This document shows, piece after piece, positions 1 through 13,913 of a stretch of 64,000 bases of DNA. A program made the translations under genes and the position numbers. Each line of letters begins with the position of its first letter. Within the stretch, counting starts at the first letter, position 1. A model generated the notes under the pieces. That model was not told the DNA's origin. It ran no database searches and saw nothing but the letters and a program-made list of their open reading frames with translations. Location: contig JBEUKZ010000078.1 in NCBI GenBank assembly GCA_048128005.1, positions 1 to 64,000 of the forward strand, written 5' to 3'. The DNA is from Veleropilina oligotropha (Eukaryota).

Positions 1-3
1 TAT

Positions 4-435
4 CAGGCGCGGATCCAGGGGGGGCGCACCCGGCATGCGCCCCCCCTAAAGTTGGCCAAGCATGCTAAAATAATATATATAATCTGATACAAATGACTTT
101 CAGAACATTATAAATAGGCTGTTGCAATGTAATAATGCAGGGCGGGGGATTTCACATCGTTAATTGTCAAAATTGTCTTGCGGGTGGGGCGCCGACCCCA
201 CGCGGGCAATTCGATTATGACAAAATAAAATAAAAATTTGACTCGTGCTATATGAGTGACGGTGGTTCATAAAAGGTTAGAATGAAATATCGCTTTTGCC
301 CTGTTAGAGTGCAGGAGAGGGGGTTTCAGGCTGTTGATTGTCAAAATTTTCTTTCGCATGGGGCCCCACCCCCACGCGAACAGTTGATAGTAAATTCAGC
401 GCCCCCCCTAAGCGAAATTCCTGGGTCCGCGCCTG
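4..435. mobile_element. MITE with CAGGCGCGGATCCAGG-type TIRs; related element at about 11495-12140
   Basis: caggcgcggatccagg at 4 and cctgggtccgcgcctg ending at 435. Confidence 0.7.
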
Positions 436-542
436 GGTATACAGCTTATTGAATGATATATCTCCAAATATGTTTTCACGCAATATATGGTACCAATTGA
501 TGCTGTATAACCTAAGTGGTGCCAATGGCTGGATCCAGTGGT

Positions 543-568
543 ATATATATATATATATATATATATAT
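543..568. repeat. (TA)n microsatellite
   Basis: Direct observation. Confidence 0.95.
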
Positions 569-2976
569 GCTTTGGTCGATTGAATCGAATTGATGATTAT
601 CGACAATATCGGTTAAGTTTTTATATGCATAGCGTATTATGATAAATATATTTATTATTATGAGCATTCACTGAAAGCGACCGCGAACATCGCGTTGTCT
701 GCAATATAATATTTTGGCGTTTTTAAGTCATTGGTATAAAATGACGATTATCTGCCCATGCTCAGCAAAGTGATAGAAAAAGTACACCAATAACACCATC
801 ATGCAAAATACGTCATATTTATATTCCATTTGATTCATAGAAGGTACGTAGATTTTCAATTTATTAAATTGTGAGCAACTCGCAATTAACTGATTTGGCA
901 GATTCACCTTGCACGTTCTGTCTTTATGTACAATTTTCGAAAGCGGCATTGGCATGTAAACTTAAAAAGGTGATTTGCTCTAAATTTAATGAAATCCGAA
1001 TCTTTATTGTCATGTTTACCGTTGATATGAAATAAATTTTCCTCTAAGAATAGCATGGAACTGACGACCTCCGCCATATTGATCTTCTATTCCTGGATTT
1101 TTCTTCTCCATTGGTGACTGTTCTCAGCACACTCTTGGCGTACTCTGGACAGGTGAAGGGAGCACTCCCTTGTATACGTCCCCTCGATTTGCTGAGTCAA
1201 GGATTTGCTAGTTGATTTCATGGTTTTATAATTTATAAATATGTATAATTGACTATATGCTATTATGTCTATAAAATAATACATATGCAAACAGTGTATT
1301 GAAATTTTTTATTTATTAAATGTTGATGTTGTCCGATGTTTTCATAAGATATGCATGTACGGTATATGATCTTTTTTAAAACACACAATATGGAAGACAT
1401 CCTCTGCAATGGATGCATGCAGGCACGGCACCAGTTGTATATCCAACGACAACTGTTTTGGGAAAACATTATTTTGGCAGCAGTTTGTAGGTCTCATATC
1501 GTGCAAACCAAATAAGGGTTGACGTACCAATCCTCGTACAAACCAAATAAGGCCTGCATGCAGTATGTACTACTAACGACACAAAGACTGCAGCGTGCTT
1601 CACTTATCGCGGACTCTAGTGTGCATCAGACTCAAGTCTGGTTCTCATTTACCGAAAATCGATAGACGAGGACATATCGCCAGCCCGATTATTTATTTTC
1701 TGGACGGAAAGCCGGCCGGTTATTGAAATCGACACCGCTTTAGTCTTTTCAAAAGAAATAGCGCGAGGTAAAATGACCTAAATTAGACTATCTGTTAAAA
1801 CCGGTCGATAAAAATGGTAGGCGAGGGCTCAAATGCCAATCGATAGTTACCGTCAAATTTATCCGTCTGGCTAATTAAAATCTGAATATCGGTAGATAAG
1901 TTCCCAGCTTGAGTTGTCGACCAATGGATTACCACTGGCCTGGGAAAGGATCGATGCTTAATATCCTCTATATTTCCAACCATCATTTGGTTCAAATCAA
2001 GACATATCCATATTATCGCAGGAGGAAAGCCCTGTTGTTTTGGGGAACCCGCCCTCTCCGACCAGTTATGCACAACTGTGATTCATAATTTGAACAAATG
2101 TTTGATGTCCCTGCTGACTACTGTTCGCGACCATTTCTCTGGGAGTACCATACCAAAAGTTCAATTATTGAATTAATTAATTTGAAAGCACATTGCAATT
2201 GCCTGCTAGTTTAGTGGTTAAGAGCGTGGCTCCCAAGTCACTGGCTTGATAGCTCTGATTACCAGCTGGAGTGGGTTCTAATCCGCAGCTCAGCACTTTG
2301 ACCAGGACTGGTCTGGTTTTCCTGGGCAACAGGGCTTTGCATGATAATGTGAACGTGTCCTGGTATGAACCTAAATGGTGTTTAAGTTAAAATGGGAATT
2401 ACACATTGCACCAAAGTCTCACAGGTAAACTCCATTATATATAGATTTGATTTTCAAGGTTAGTTATGTGACCATAATCTATCAAGTTGATTTTCTGCAC
2501 GGTCACCTATCCAAACAATGATCAGGCTAATGGAGAACCGGTATTCAACACGATTTGCCGTGGTATGATGTTCCTTCAGGCTCTCAGATTGCTTTCAAAA
2601 GCACCAGTGAAGAAAAAATGAAAGTTGTACTATTAAATGTCTGCATTTAACTTACAAAGAGGACAACGCAGTTTTAAATTACAGAAATATTTTACTGTTT
2701 AAATTTAACAGCATAAAGATTTTTAAATATAGTAAAATAATTCTATAAAACATTGATGAATTTATTCACATATTTCATTAACTCAAGAAATTCAGAATGC
2801 AAAGACATATGCTCAAAGCAAAATATTACAAAAAACTTCAAGTTGCAACGATATCATGTGAATAGGCAAATAGAGGCATTCTCACTAAAAGTGAGTTACT
2901 AGACTTTAATATATCATCCATGAGCAGCTGCAAGCATAATAGTTTTCAAAATGTTATTTTACTTCGAATTCTATCC

Positions 2977-4217
2977 CTGGCCCCGGTTACTCAAAGCTCC
3001 TTAACTTACGATTTCCTTATCCTCAAATCCGCTGAGATTTTTCCTCACATGAGGAAAATCTCAAATTGGGTTACTCGAAACTTCCTCAACCTCACCGATG
3101 ACCTCGTCAGCAGAGGACAAAATTATTAGCGATATAAGGGGCCTCTTTGTCAATTTTACCATTTTGTCAGCCATTTTGTTACTGGTTTACGGTGAATTTT
3201 AAAACTATTTAATACTGCAGGAGGCTTCGATTTGTTAATAAATGCAGCAAAAGTTATGTAAGCTAACAATGTACGGGTATATTTTTCAAGAATTGATATT
3301 ACTATTTGAAAATATAGCGCCACCTTATAGCAGTACAGTATTAGTTTAATAAATAACAATTTGTTAGAAGTTATAAATTATATAACTTAGTCTAGTAAAT
3401 TTATGGAGGTCAAAATTTTGGCAGGCTCTCTGTCTGTTTGAAAATATTTTTTAAATACATGACAATGTTGATTTCATAATGACTTCTATTCTTGCTTGGG
3501 CCATAGACATTCCAATAATCTAAACAAGAACACAAGTGCATGGGGACCAATAACACGAACTGTACTAGCTGCCTAGCTAGTATATAGTTGTCAATGATAA
3601 ATACTTTTATTATAGTAATAATATAGGATGCAAGTTAGTAATAATATAGGATGCAAGTTGTACTTTGTGGCGTGGGTAAATGGGGCCTACTTATTATAAT
3701 ACTACTAACTAATATTGCATTTGATCAAATGGAGCGCTATCTTTATAAAATATTTAGGCTATAATAACCAATTGTGGAAATTTGTTATAAATAATAAAAC
3801 AAAAAATAGCCACTCGATATGCAAATAAGCTTGCTGTGAAAGTGAAAAGTAGCATGTAGGCCTAATATAATATTGCATGCATAAATCAATAGATCTATAA
3901 AATCTTATGCATATCTCGTATGCCAGTTGTTAGAGGTTCGGTGGTTTAGCTTTGGTTATATTCATACAATACACAAACTATTCTATTTTACATTGTAAAA
4001 GTGTTGTTGTATTGCCTTTGGTATTCCTCAAAGTTAAGGATGCTACCTAGCAGCTTCAAATATTTGAGGAAAAACCTCACTATTTCCTTAACTTTGAGGA
4101 GATACTTAAGTTTTATGCTTCGAGTAACCCATTTGAGGACGTGACATCCTTAACTTAAGGAAATAGAACGTTTTGAGGAAAATCTCAAGTTAAGGAGCTT
4201 TGAGTAACCGGGGCCAG
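2977..4217. mobile_element. Non-autonomous TIR element (MITE-like, possibly PIF/Harbinger)
   Basis: Perfect 31-bp inverted repeat ctggccccggttactcaaagctccttaactt; superfamily assignment is a guess. Confidence 0.8.
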
Positions 4218-4269
4218 ATATTCTTTGGCAGATGCTTCAGGAGAGCACCTTACAAACATTGGAAAAGGA

Positions 4270-4532
4270 ACGGAAAGCATCGATGCTTAATGTCCTGTAT
4301 ATTTCCAACCATCATTTGGTTCAAAGCAGGACATATTATCGCGGGGGGAAAGCCCGGTCACCCGAGGAAACTCGCCCTCTCTGACCAGTTACGGACAACT
4401 GTGATTCATAACTTCAACTAATGTGTGATGCCCCTGCCGAGGTTTGAACCCACTACCGTTCGCGTCATTGGAATCAAGCCAGTGATTTTCGGAGTCTGCG
4501 ACCGAACCCATGCGGCAAGCAAACATCGGAGG
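4270..4532 (-). mobile_element. SINE, alternative-head subfamily; further copies at about 1945-2130 (partial), 9100-9350, 16005-16250 and 40655-40915
   Basis: Direct sequence similarity to the 5720-5978 copy. Confidence 0.8.
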
Positions 4533-4738
4533 CATAGTAAAACGTGGTAATATGTTACTTGGTACAACATCTGTTTGAGACACAATTTGGATATATTATC
4601 CATCTTGGTAATCAAGTCGTGGTCAGTCACAGCCTTTGAAATACAAGTAGTGTTACATGTACGTGGACCAGCCATTGCAGAGTTGTGTGTTGTGTAACGA
4701 CTGATTTCCGAGGCCAGTACTGTGACAATATACCCTTG

Positions 4739-4932
4739 TTGATAATGAATTGATGTTTAACGAGCACGCCAACAGTATTTCAGTCATAAATCAGGTCATC
4801 AACTTTGAATGATGAAATGAGTGTGCAATGGAGACTGCGATCAAGGGGAAAATTCACGGTACTCTCGGAAATTGAACCCTGGACCTTTCATTAGTAAACC
4901 AGCATCGTATCCACTTTACCATGCTGTCCCTC
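4739..4932 (-). mobile_element. Unrelated tRNA-derived SINE
   Basis: tRNA-like head with gggttcaattt B-box-like motif on the minus strand; 13-bp TSD caatatacccttg (4726-4738, 4933-4945). Confidence 0.7.
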
Positions 4933-5103
4933 CAATATACCCTTGATACAAATGGTATCGTATTCTGAACATATTATTAAACAACCCATGAGCATCTTAG
5001 CAAGTTCAAATGGGTGACTGCGAGCAAACAATTGGATGAGGAACAGACTGCACTATTTCTGAAACGTCAATATCGTGCACAGATCTTCTAAAAACTCCTG
5101 TGT

Positions 5104-5143
5104 CTACTGTGTCCGCACCTGGTCGCAAATGTGATTGAATCTC
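5104..5143 (-). CDS. CHFR: CHFR last coding exon: (A)RFNHICDQVRTQ*
   Basis: ttttag acceptor; FNHIC(D/E)Q C-terminus of CHFR; TAG at 5106-5104. Confidence 0.94.
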
Positions 5144-5439
5144 CTAAAAGAAAATGAAAGCGTCTGTTTCGAATTATTAATGAAATAATGCAACTACAGA
5201 AGTCGCAACTGAAATGATAAAAATTCCTGAAAAACAACATTATCATTATCACTAGTAGTACATAAATCAGAATGAGATACATTTCTTGAAAATTTTGCGA
5301 AACTTTTGAAATCGGCACAATTGGGAAACGTTTTAAGTACCATTATTTGCATTCATGACTTGTTCTCCAAAGATTTATCAGTTTGGTAAGATACATTCAT
5401 TAAGATTTAAGTTTATCGTATCACAAACATGAATATTTA

Positions 5440-6120
5440 CACAGTGAGACTCTCAGCAGTATCATCTACTAGACAGATTGTGGATCTACATACATCCTTG
5501 AATCCAGGAGGTAACACAAAACACGACTATCAGAACACCAAAAGTCAGTGACTTCAGGCAGGCAACCTATCATCAGCTTTACCTGAACATCATACGAAAC
5601 CAAGCGACATCACTAATAGGGACTCCACGATAGTCATCGATAGTGAACTGCAAGACCATCCGCGAGGTCATCTATATCAGGAGGAACTAACCAAGTCTTA
5701 ACAGGGAATGGGGCTCAAGGAAAGAATTGATGCTTAATGTCCTGTATATTTCCAACCATCATTTGGTTCAAAGCAGGACATGTCCATATTATCGTAGGAG
5801 GAAAGCCCGGTCGCCTGGGAAAACCCGCCCTCTCCGACCAATTACGGCCAACTGATATTCATAACTTTAACAAATGTGTGCTACCACAGCCGAGGTTTGA
5901 ACCCACTACTGTTCATGTCAGTGGAATAAAGCCGGTGATTTTTCGGAGTCCACAACCGATACCACACAGCTGTCGAAGGGGGCTCAAGATTTCACGTCTT
6001 CGACAGCGTATTGACCACAAAACCACCTAGCGGCCATGACGTAAAACTCGTTCGTCGATCAACTGACCAGAGTGGACGAAAGTCTCACCGCGCAAATATT
6101 CGTATAATTTATTTAAATTT
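5440..6120 (+). mobile_element. Penelope-like GIY-YIG endonuclease 3' remnant interrupted by a SINE
   Basis: TRLSEHQKSV, DSTIVIDSE and EVIYIRRN*PSLNREWG in shifting frames; boundaries approximate. Confidence 0.65.
5720..5978 (-). mobile_element. SINE, alternative-head subfamily
   Basis: Shared body gatgcttaatgtcctgtatattt...cccgccctc...gaacccactac; TSD ggggctcaag (5710-5719, 5979-5988). Confidence 0.8.
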
Positions 6121-6706
6121 TATTATGACTTGAACCATTTATATGACGTCATTCAATTGTCTTGGCCTGTGGTCTGACTGACCATATTGGCAGTTAGACC
6201 ACGGTGGACTACTTTCTTGCACTAAAAATGGGTATATTAGGTTATTAAAATCATATATTGCTTATTGTATTCATGGTATATATCATTGATGTTTCACCTG
6301 TATATTCTTATGCACTAATATAATTTAGTAATAGTTTGTACTGTGCTTAGAACTACACTAGAATAGGCGCATTATAAATGTATTAAATAATAATAATAAT
6401 AATATATTTTAAATAAAACCATTTTTATGACGTCATTCTATTGTCTTTGGCCCATGGTCTAACTGGCCATATTGTCAGTTAGACCGCGGGGGTATATTAG
6501 GTCATTACAATCAAATATTTTAAAATATTGTACACTTTTGCAATGGTTTAAGTCGTTTATATCACTCGGTTTGTGTTATCTAAACAGAAAAGCCTGTGTA
6601 GTTAAACAGGCTTCGTGGTTTTAACCACTGGCTTTTCCGATTAGACAACCAAACCTTGTGGTATAACCTATACATATTCTATTTCATACATGATACCAAT
6701 ACATAC

Positions 6707-6782
6707 GCTGCATGGTGAGGTTTGTTTTTCTGTGTTCTGCAATTTTTTCCCCAATAACAAATCGGCCTCGCTGTTACTGTGG
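6707..6782 (-). CDS. CHFR: CHFR exon, PBZ finger: ATVTARPICYWGKNCRTQKNKPHHA
   Basis: ttttcag/gtatgt; RPxCYWGxNCRTQ...HH poly(ADP-ribose)-binding zinc finger. Confidence 0.96.
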
Positions 6783-7090
6783 CTGAAAACAGAAACACTT
6801 TAATACAAGCAACCAAAAATATGTTTTGGCTTTGGTCAATGCATAGAGTCTCATTTTCAACAACTTTCAGGTTCTATATTATCGCATGAGGAAAGCACGG
6901 TCCCCTGTGAAACCATATGCCCTTATCAGCCAGTTACGCATGTTTACTGAAGAAACAATCAGTCATGATAAAAAGCATTACATGTACCCCGCTTCTACCC
7001 CTTTAGTTCAGCTACAAGGTGATGATAAATATTGCATGCTGTGTAATGCGTTAGAAACAGATTATTAATTTTTATTAATATTCGTCTTAC

Positions 7091-7207
7091 CTGGTAGCTG
7101 ATCGTCTGGGATGCTACTTCTGTATTGGAATGCCAAATCCTTGAAGTTTCTCAAACCGCACGGGTAGCAGAGCAATGTGTTGGAGTCGATCCGAAATCGA
7201 GCTTGGT
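7091..7207 (-). CDS. CHFR: CHFR exon: DQARFRIDSNTLLCYPCGLRNFKDLAFQYRSSIPDDQLP
   Basis: tgttag/gtaaga; LCYxCGLRxFxxLxxQYRxxIPxxxLP motif. Confidence 0.95.
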
Positions 7208-7403
7208 CTAACAAAAGAAACGCAAAAATTAACACTTTCATATACAATAATTACATTCAAACCATGAGCTTGATATATGAACAAAGAGAACTCCTAGGGT
7301 CTGTCGCAGCATCGTTCAAGTAATAGCACAATCAATTGGATAAATTAGGGCCGCTGTTCACAGATCTTGAGAATAAAGTAATTGACCTGGCAGAAGCTAA
7401 TTT

Positions 7404-7691
7404 CAGGGTTCGTACACGTGGGATTTGGCAAAATTCAAGAACTTTCCAGGACATTATTTGTTGAAATTCCAGGACATTTGTGAGTCTAAGACAATCGTTG
7501 ATCGCATATAAATATATTGTATTGTCATAATATTTATTATAAAGTAACACAAAAACTAAATACATGTCGGTTTTGACACAAAAAAGTATGATAAACTCCA
7601 TTTTTCAGGACCAGGACATAATCAGTAAATTCCAGGCTTTTCAAGGACATTCCAAGACAACAATAAAAATCCAGGACGCGTACGAACCCTG
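7404..7691. mobile_element. MITE with CAGGGTTCGTAC TIRs
   Basis: cagggttcgtac ... gtacgaaccctg with flanking direct repeat taattt; second copy at 56732-57042. Confidence 0.8.
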
Positions 7692-8133
7692 TAATTTGCA
7701 TGGACGAGTCCACATTTGATAATGCACCCATGTGGTGCTATTGCCTATTCCATGTGATTTTAGGGGTTTCACCTTGAAATTTACCATATATAGGTATGAT
7801 TAACAGGTATGCACGGCAGATAATACACTGAATCCCTCAAGCGATATACAATATCACCCCTTTCTCAACGCACGGTTTGTTATGTATGATACGGACTACT
7901 ATCTATTACATAAAATGTCATTTAAGCTTCAATATCTGTTATTTCCATAAATGTAGCAAAAACGAACAAATATATATTTCCATAGTCAAAGTGACCTGAA
8001 GTATTTAGCAAGACTTGGCAGCCATTTTGAATATGTAAACAGGAGATATTTTCTGGATCCGTATCAGATGGGAGTGTGATACTGTGGGCATAAAGGCGTG
8101 AGAAACCCACAGGTATATAACAACTCGACTTAC

Positions 8134-8221
8134 CAACGCATGAAAACACAGCACTGTCCAACTTCTCTAGACATGTTGTCAGTACAGATTTAACAGATAT
8201 GGATTTGGATTCCAGGTAATT
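8134..8221 (-). CDS. CHFR: CHFR exon: NYLESKSISVKSVLTTCLEKLDSAVFSCV
   Basis: ttttag/gtaagt; phase 0 to 1; NYL motif continues from the previous exon. Confidence 0.9.
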
Positions 8222-9437
8222 CTAAAATGAGCATAAATAGAAATAGAGCATTATAACGCATGAATTAGAAATAAGGTTTTAACTAGTTCAAGAAGTATGA
8301 TTCTCGTACATACAAATCTATACAGATGATGATATCACTTTATATCCATAACAAGAGGTCGTTCGACCTATATCTCCGCTGAGAAGGGATGCATGTCTCA
8401 CAACTTTATAAATTTGGCCAGCACTTCCCCATGTATTAGTATACTTTACCAATATTCAGGACAGCTGTCTGTTTTGGCCAAGTCCAAATTCTCAATTTCA
8501 GCTAATGTCGGGATGCACATTTTTTCTATTTTTTGAAGTAATGATCATGAGTCGTTATGACTAATTTGAGAAAATTTAAAGTTAGTAGAGAGTTTTAGAT
8601 AGAGAGCTATTTAATTCACATTTCAAGCGAAAGTCCACAATAGCAAAATTTTGGAAAAATCGAGAAGTAGAATTTTCTAATTTTTTCAGGAAGGTTCATG
8701 CCAAAGTAGAAAATAAGTTATTGGACAGGTTTGAAGATATTCATATTCCAACAGAAAATTTGGCACAGAAGTAGATTTTCTATGTCCAAGACATAAAATC
8801 CCCAAACATGATGACAGTACTGACCTCATCTTCGATCTTGGTCAATGCTATATGGTACACATGCACGGCGGCTACATAGTATTAACACTAAAGATCATAG
8901 CGTTCTCTCTTATCATGACACAAAATAAATTTTGACCTTTGATCCAATTAAAGACCTCGTCATTGAAATTGGGCAACGTGCAATGGTATACAGCATGTAT
9001 TAATGTTGTAGATCCATCTTTTTACTTTGATGTGGAAGCAATATCCAGTGATAGAATATTATATAAATACACAAATAAAATTCTTGAAATGGACTGGATC
9101 AGTGCTTAATGTCATGTATATTTACAAACTGTCGGTCAAGGCAGGACATGTCCATATTATCGTGGGAGGAAAGACTGTTTGGACGCGGAAACCCGCCCTC
9201 TCCAACCAGTTACGGACAAATGCGATAGATAAATGAACGAAGAATGTTATTGTCACAACCGTGATTCTAACCACTCGAGCTCCTGTTAGTTAGTGCAATT
9301 GAGCCAGTGATTTCAGAATTGGAACTCAACACCACACGACTACTGGGGCAGCCCAGTCCTGGAATGACTATGAATGGTGTTAATATCAGACATTAATCAT
9401 TGACCCAATCCAAGTGCTGTAGTTTCTTGGGCCTTAC

Positions 9438-9508
9438 TTTGAATATGTCAGATTCATACACATTATCCAATATCAGACCGGGTAGACACTTTTTCCCAAA
9501 ATTCAAGT
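9438..9508 (-). CDS. CHFR: CHFR exon: (D)LNFGKKCLPGLILDNVYESDIFK
   Basis: tttcag/gtaagg; resembles CHFR LNLGDKCL...NxYESDILK. Confidence 0.93.
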
Positions 9509-10325
9509 CTGAAATTCAAATACACAAGATTCAAATATATTCCAAGTATAAATGTCAAAAATAAAACATCAATATTGTAGTGTGTGTTCAATGAGTTTTC
9601 TAATGTGCATGTTTCTGCTGTACTAAACTACACAATTTAATACTGATGTTAGGCAAAATACGATTTATTTCAATCCACGAAATCCGTGGAGTTTGATATT
9701 AAAATATTGTAAATCGCTGAAGATAACATAGCGGACAGGATATTTTGTGAATTTGTCGACTAGGACCAAGTGCCTAATGTTTCATGACATTCAAATAAGT
9801 TGTATCATGTCTACACTCATTAAATGTTTTACCCTATGTTAATAAAGTAAACTATTTAATTATTAATAATAATATTTAATTATCACAAAAAATGTAGGCC
9901 TATAATTATATGTTTACAGTAAGAGTATGTGGGTTGCAATGGTTCCTTTCCATTTAAATACTTCCAAGCTAATATCACATTTTTTACCTTCCACAATTCT
10001 AATGAAATTAATTATTTTGTAATACATTTGATAGCCATGTTTCTATTCTTCTCGAAGATGACCAAATCGGAATGAGGTTCCGGATTTCATAACATCACAT
10101 ACGGCCATATTAGTCTTAGAGATTTCTTGCTTTCACCATCGTACCCCTAGACGCAGCGTCGAAGGTTGTATTCTCAGATTTTCTTGCTTTATTATATGTT
10201 AATTTAGTGAAGCCTTGGTTGAATTTAGAGCTTGTCAGAGGGTACTGTCATTATGTTCGTCATCTATTAATTAGAATAACAATATGGGTCTGATGCAAAT
10301 GCCAATTCCATATTTATTTGGTTCA

Positions 10326-11269
10326 AGATGCAGGATCTACTTCAGATCGCTAAAACGTATTTAAATGCTGTTCTCTCTTACACTTTCTGCATTGATTTAT
10401 TGCATATAGTTAGGACCTTTCAGAGATTACCACACACGGCAAAATTTTTTTCACTTAGTAATAAATATTTGAACTTTTTTTATTGAATTATGAACTCGGG
10501 CTCATAATTCGAGCCGATTGTATGTGAGATTTATACGGAAATGAACAACGGCTCAACACGTCACTTAGCTCCGCCCTAAATCACTCTCGCGATCTACCGG
10601 GTCATTTCAAGGTCGACCTTGTCTGAGTTTGTTTATATCGGTTTCCATGGCGGATGTCGACACGAGAAAGAGAGGCAGGCCGCCATTATCGACTGTGAAA
10701 TGGATGTACGCGAAAAACTTGAAATAATAAATATCGCTATAAATGAAAATTGGATGCGGCTACTTCAACTTGTAAACAAACAGTGAAGCACTTGAAACAG
10801 TGAACGCCCACGTCATTACAATGTCGCGGTGCGCAATAGGCCTAATTAGTTTGTGAAATAAATATGATTATTATGTTAGTATTGCTGCCATATACTACAA
10901 TTATGAGAAAGTAGCTATATGTTTCAAAGCAATACATCAATTTCAGTGAACCAATAAACACTGACCTCCATTTTGCTTGCTGTGTGATGTCAATTATAGA
11001 CGTATTCATATTTAGGTCTATGTGTCAATCAAGTCGACGGGACCACGTGACGTTTGACCCAATAACGATCGGATGAGATAAGATAGCTTCGGAGCATTGA
11101 CGCGCTGATTAAAATACCACGTCGGCTGAAGCGATTATTAAATGCTAGCAACACCTTTTGTTGCATTTTAACTTTTCCTTCGTCCTAAAAACATGTCATG
11201 TATGGATACCATATCGTATTTATAGTTTTATTTTATACGAAATATCATACGAATGTAGATTCAGCATCT
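10326..11269. mobile_element. Non-autonomous TIR element, Kolobok-like
   Basis: Imperfect TIRs agatgcaggatctac / gtagattcagcatct with ttca and ttaa flanks. Confidence 0.5.
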
Positions 11270-12247
11270 TTAATAGAAGTTGCAGTGTTAACGAAAAATG
11301 AGTGAGAAATCAAGTTTCATATCAATTGAGAAAATATTGTTCATGATTTCAAGATGGATATTAGACAAGAATTCACTTTACTTTTGTGTCGTAAGGATGA
11401 ATTGCACTTAACTCAACCAGTGGATCATCTAGCGGTTTTGGTCGCATCAAAACATCGCGTTTGTTGCAACTCTACGTCCCAAAAGTAAAATAAACAGGGG
11501 TGGATCCAGGATTTTGAAAAGGAGGGTCCACCCTTCATCAAATATACTTAAGTTTATCAACTGTTCGCGTGGGGCCCGGCCCCACATAGAAAGAAAATTT
11601 TGACAATCAACAACCTGAAACCTCCTCTCCTGTACTCTGACAGGGCAAAAGCGATATTTCATACCAACATTTAACCATTTTCACTAAAATGTATGAGTAT
11701 TGTTTTCTTTATTCACAATCTGATACATGTATTTCTGCTTTCAAACATGGCACGGACCGCCTGATACCCAGAAAATTTTCATAATTGACGATGTGAAACC
11801 CCCTCTCCTGCATTCTGCCAGTCCAAACGCGATATATCTTACAAACATTTATAAACCGTTTTCATTAAAATGTACGAGTAAATATATCTGCTTTTTGCGC
11901 AATGCATTTCTTATTTTCAAAAGGAGGGGCCGGACACCTCTGATTCCCAGAAATTTTGACAATTAACGGTGTGAAACCCCATCACATGCATTCTACCAGT
12001 ACAAACTCGATATTTCTTACTAACATCCATGAACCGTTTTCACTCAAATGTGTAAGTATTTCTTTCGTTTTTTGTCTCATTCAAACATTTGCATTTTTTA
12101 TTTTCAAAAGGGGGGGTTCCATACCCCCTGGATCTGCTAGTAGATGATAATGATGAATTTATGTTTAACAACAACGCCAATGTGCGTCCATCTTTATTCT
12201 TCATTCAAATGCTTGCACAAATGGTGTCATTTCAGCTGTCGACTTAC

Positions 12248-12331
12248 CTCGAAACTTCCCCAGGCATCCCATGCAGGTTGGTTGCTGGCATCCCCAGTAG
12301 GCATGGCAGTAACTACGGTAACAGATGGAAC
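12248..12331 (-). CDS. CHFR: CHFR exon: (C)SICYRSYCHAYWGCQQPTCMGCLGKFR
   Basis: ggttag/gtaagt; CxxCxxxxCHxYWGC...CxGCL zinc motif. Confidence 0.95.
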
Positions 12332-13030
12332 CTAACCAGAAGATCAGATGTAAATTGGGGTACAAATACTAGTATGATTTAATTTCAATGCATTGCTGCT
12401 TATTGTCTACAGAAATAGCTAAGAATTTAAATCAAGTCAATCTGAGAAGACATATTGATATTACAGAAATATATTGAAGTAATATCCCCATGTTCAGAAC
12501 TGTGATGTGAATCAGTTTTATTTTATTACCACACTTTGACAATTTTTAAGGCATATCTGGTGTCGGAACAGAGATTTTTGTTCACGTCTCGATTCGAAGA
12601 ATGGATTACGGTTATAAAAGTAATCCACCTTTAAAATGTGCCCTATGGAATTCTGATGACTTTTCCAGATTTGGATCTATATTTGTACTTTCAACCAGTT
12701 AAGATTCAAAGAAGGCTTGAAAGTTATGGAAGTTAACAAACATAAAGTCGGTCCTCCGGATGATGACACACCAACCACATGAAAATTTTCTTGGAACTGC
12801 CCTACAAATGGTAAAACATTTCTACTGCAGACTGCAGGAGATGGCTGCTTAAAAATGTTTATTAAAAATAGAACAAGTTGTGGCATTACTTACTTCAATG
12901 TAAATTCATATTAACGAAAACAATTATATTATATTGATTAAATTATTACACAATATTTTATTTGACTTACAAATAGACCCAAAAGCATTCCAAACAATTT
13001 TAATATACAATCATCAAAATAATTAATTAC

Positions 13031-13210
13031 ACTGTTGTCCTGGAATGTCTGCTTCTTTTTGTTTGATACTATCAGTTCGTCGATCTGGCATTGGCTGAGA
13101 ACAGCAGCAGCATAGCATGTGATTCTGATTAACCCCACAGATATACGTTGGTGCCGTGGGCATTCTTTTTTTCTCGTCATCGCCATCGCTAGTTGTTGCC
13201 TGCGGCTCAT
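13031..13210 (-). CDS. CHFR: CHFR exon: DEPQ...YICGVNQNHMLCCCCSQPMPDRR...PGQQ
   Basis: ttatag/gtaatt; HxLCxCCxQPMPDRR is characteristic of CHFR. Confidence 0.95.
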
Positions 13211-13357
13211 CTATAAATAACACAGAATAAAATCCAACATTTATCAACATAACCCCAGTAATAAATGCTCTCGACTTCGTACTCACTGATACAGGGCCAT
13301 GACAAAATCCGGTACAAATTGTGCCCTCATCATATTCTATTCATTATCATTGATAGT

Positions 13358-13600
13358 GATAAGAGGTGATATGATTCAGGTGTTTAAAATGTTTACAGGA
13401 AAAGACAACGTTGACAATAGTTTCTTATTTCAGATGAACCAAAGGCATACCAGGGGGGCATCAATACAAGATTTACAAAACACTTTTTCTCAAATCGGGT
13501 TGTCGATGAATGGAATGCTCTTCCTAATGTAGTGGAATCGACATCTGTAAACCAATTTAAAAATCGCCTAGATGAGCATTTTAAGAAGCAGGGCAGGTTA
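13358..13600 (+). mobile_element. CR1/L2-type LINE 3' fragment
   Basis: RGDMIQVFKM...TRG...FFSNRVVDEWNALP..VVESTSVNQFKNRLD, the typical ORF2 C-terminus, across a frameshift. Confidence 0.85.
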
Positions 13601-13913
13601 TAGAGGACAAGACAACTCAATGGGTTTTTATATGAGTGGCAGTAATGCGCTTCCTAAACCTAACCAAATTCTATTTAATCTATTTAATCTATTTATAGAG
13701 TGCCAGGCATCTACAGCAAAGCTTAATTTGTGCATGTAAAAAAGAGCCATGAGCAACACACATACATGCATATAGATATGTGAAAAAACTTTTTTTGATA
13801 ACAACTGACACCTGATGCATTGGTCCAACATAGAGCAGAAAAATGCTCTTTTGCTTTTGGCCCAACAAAAACAGAACATGATATAAATTGCCATTAAAAG
13901 AGAGAGTGGTTAC

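Noticed and set aside
728..1530. Short minus-strand ORFs as exons of a neighbouring gene
   Set aside because: No recognisable domain and no consistent splice-phase chain could be built.
2761..2766. CHFR polyadenylation signal (AATAAA on the minus strand)
   Set aside because: Plausible but not distinguishable from other AATAAA hexamers in AT-rich DNA without transcript data.
12480..12890. Coding-like segment between CHFR exons
   Set aside because: Stops in the plausible frames, no motif recognised and not needed for the CHFR frame; possibly an old transposon remnant.
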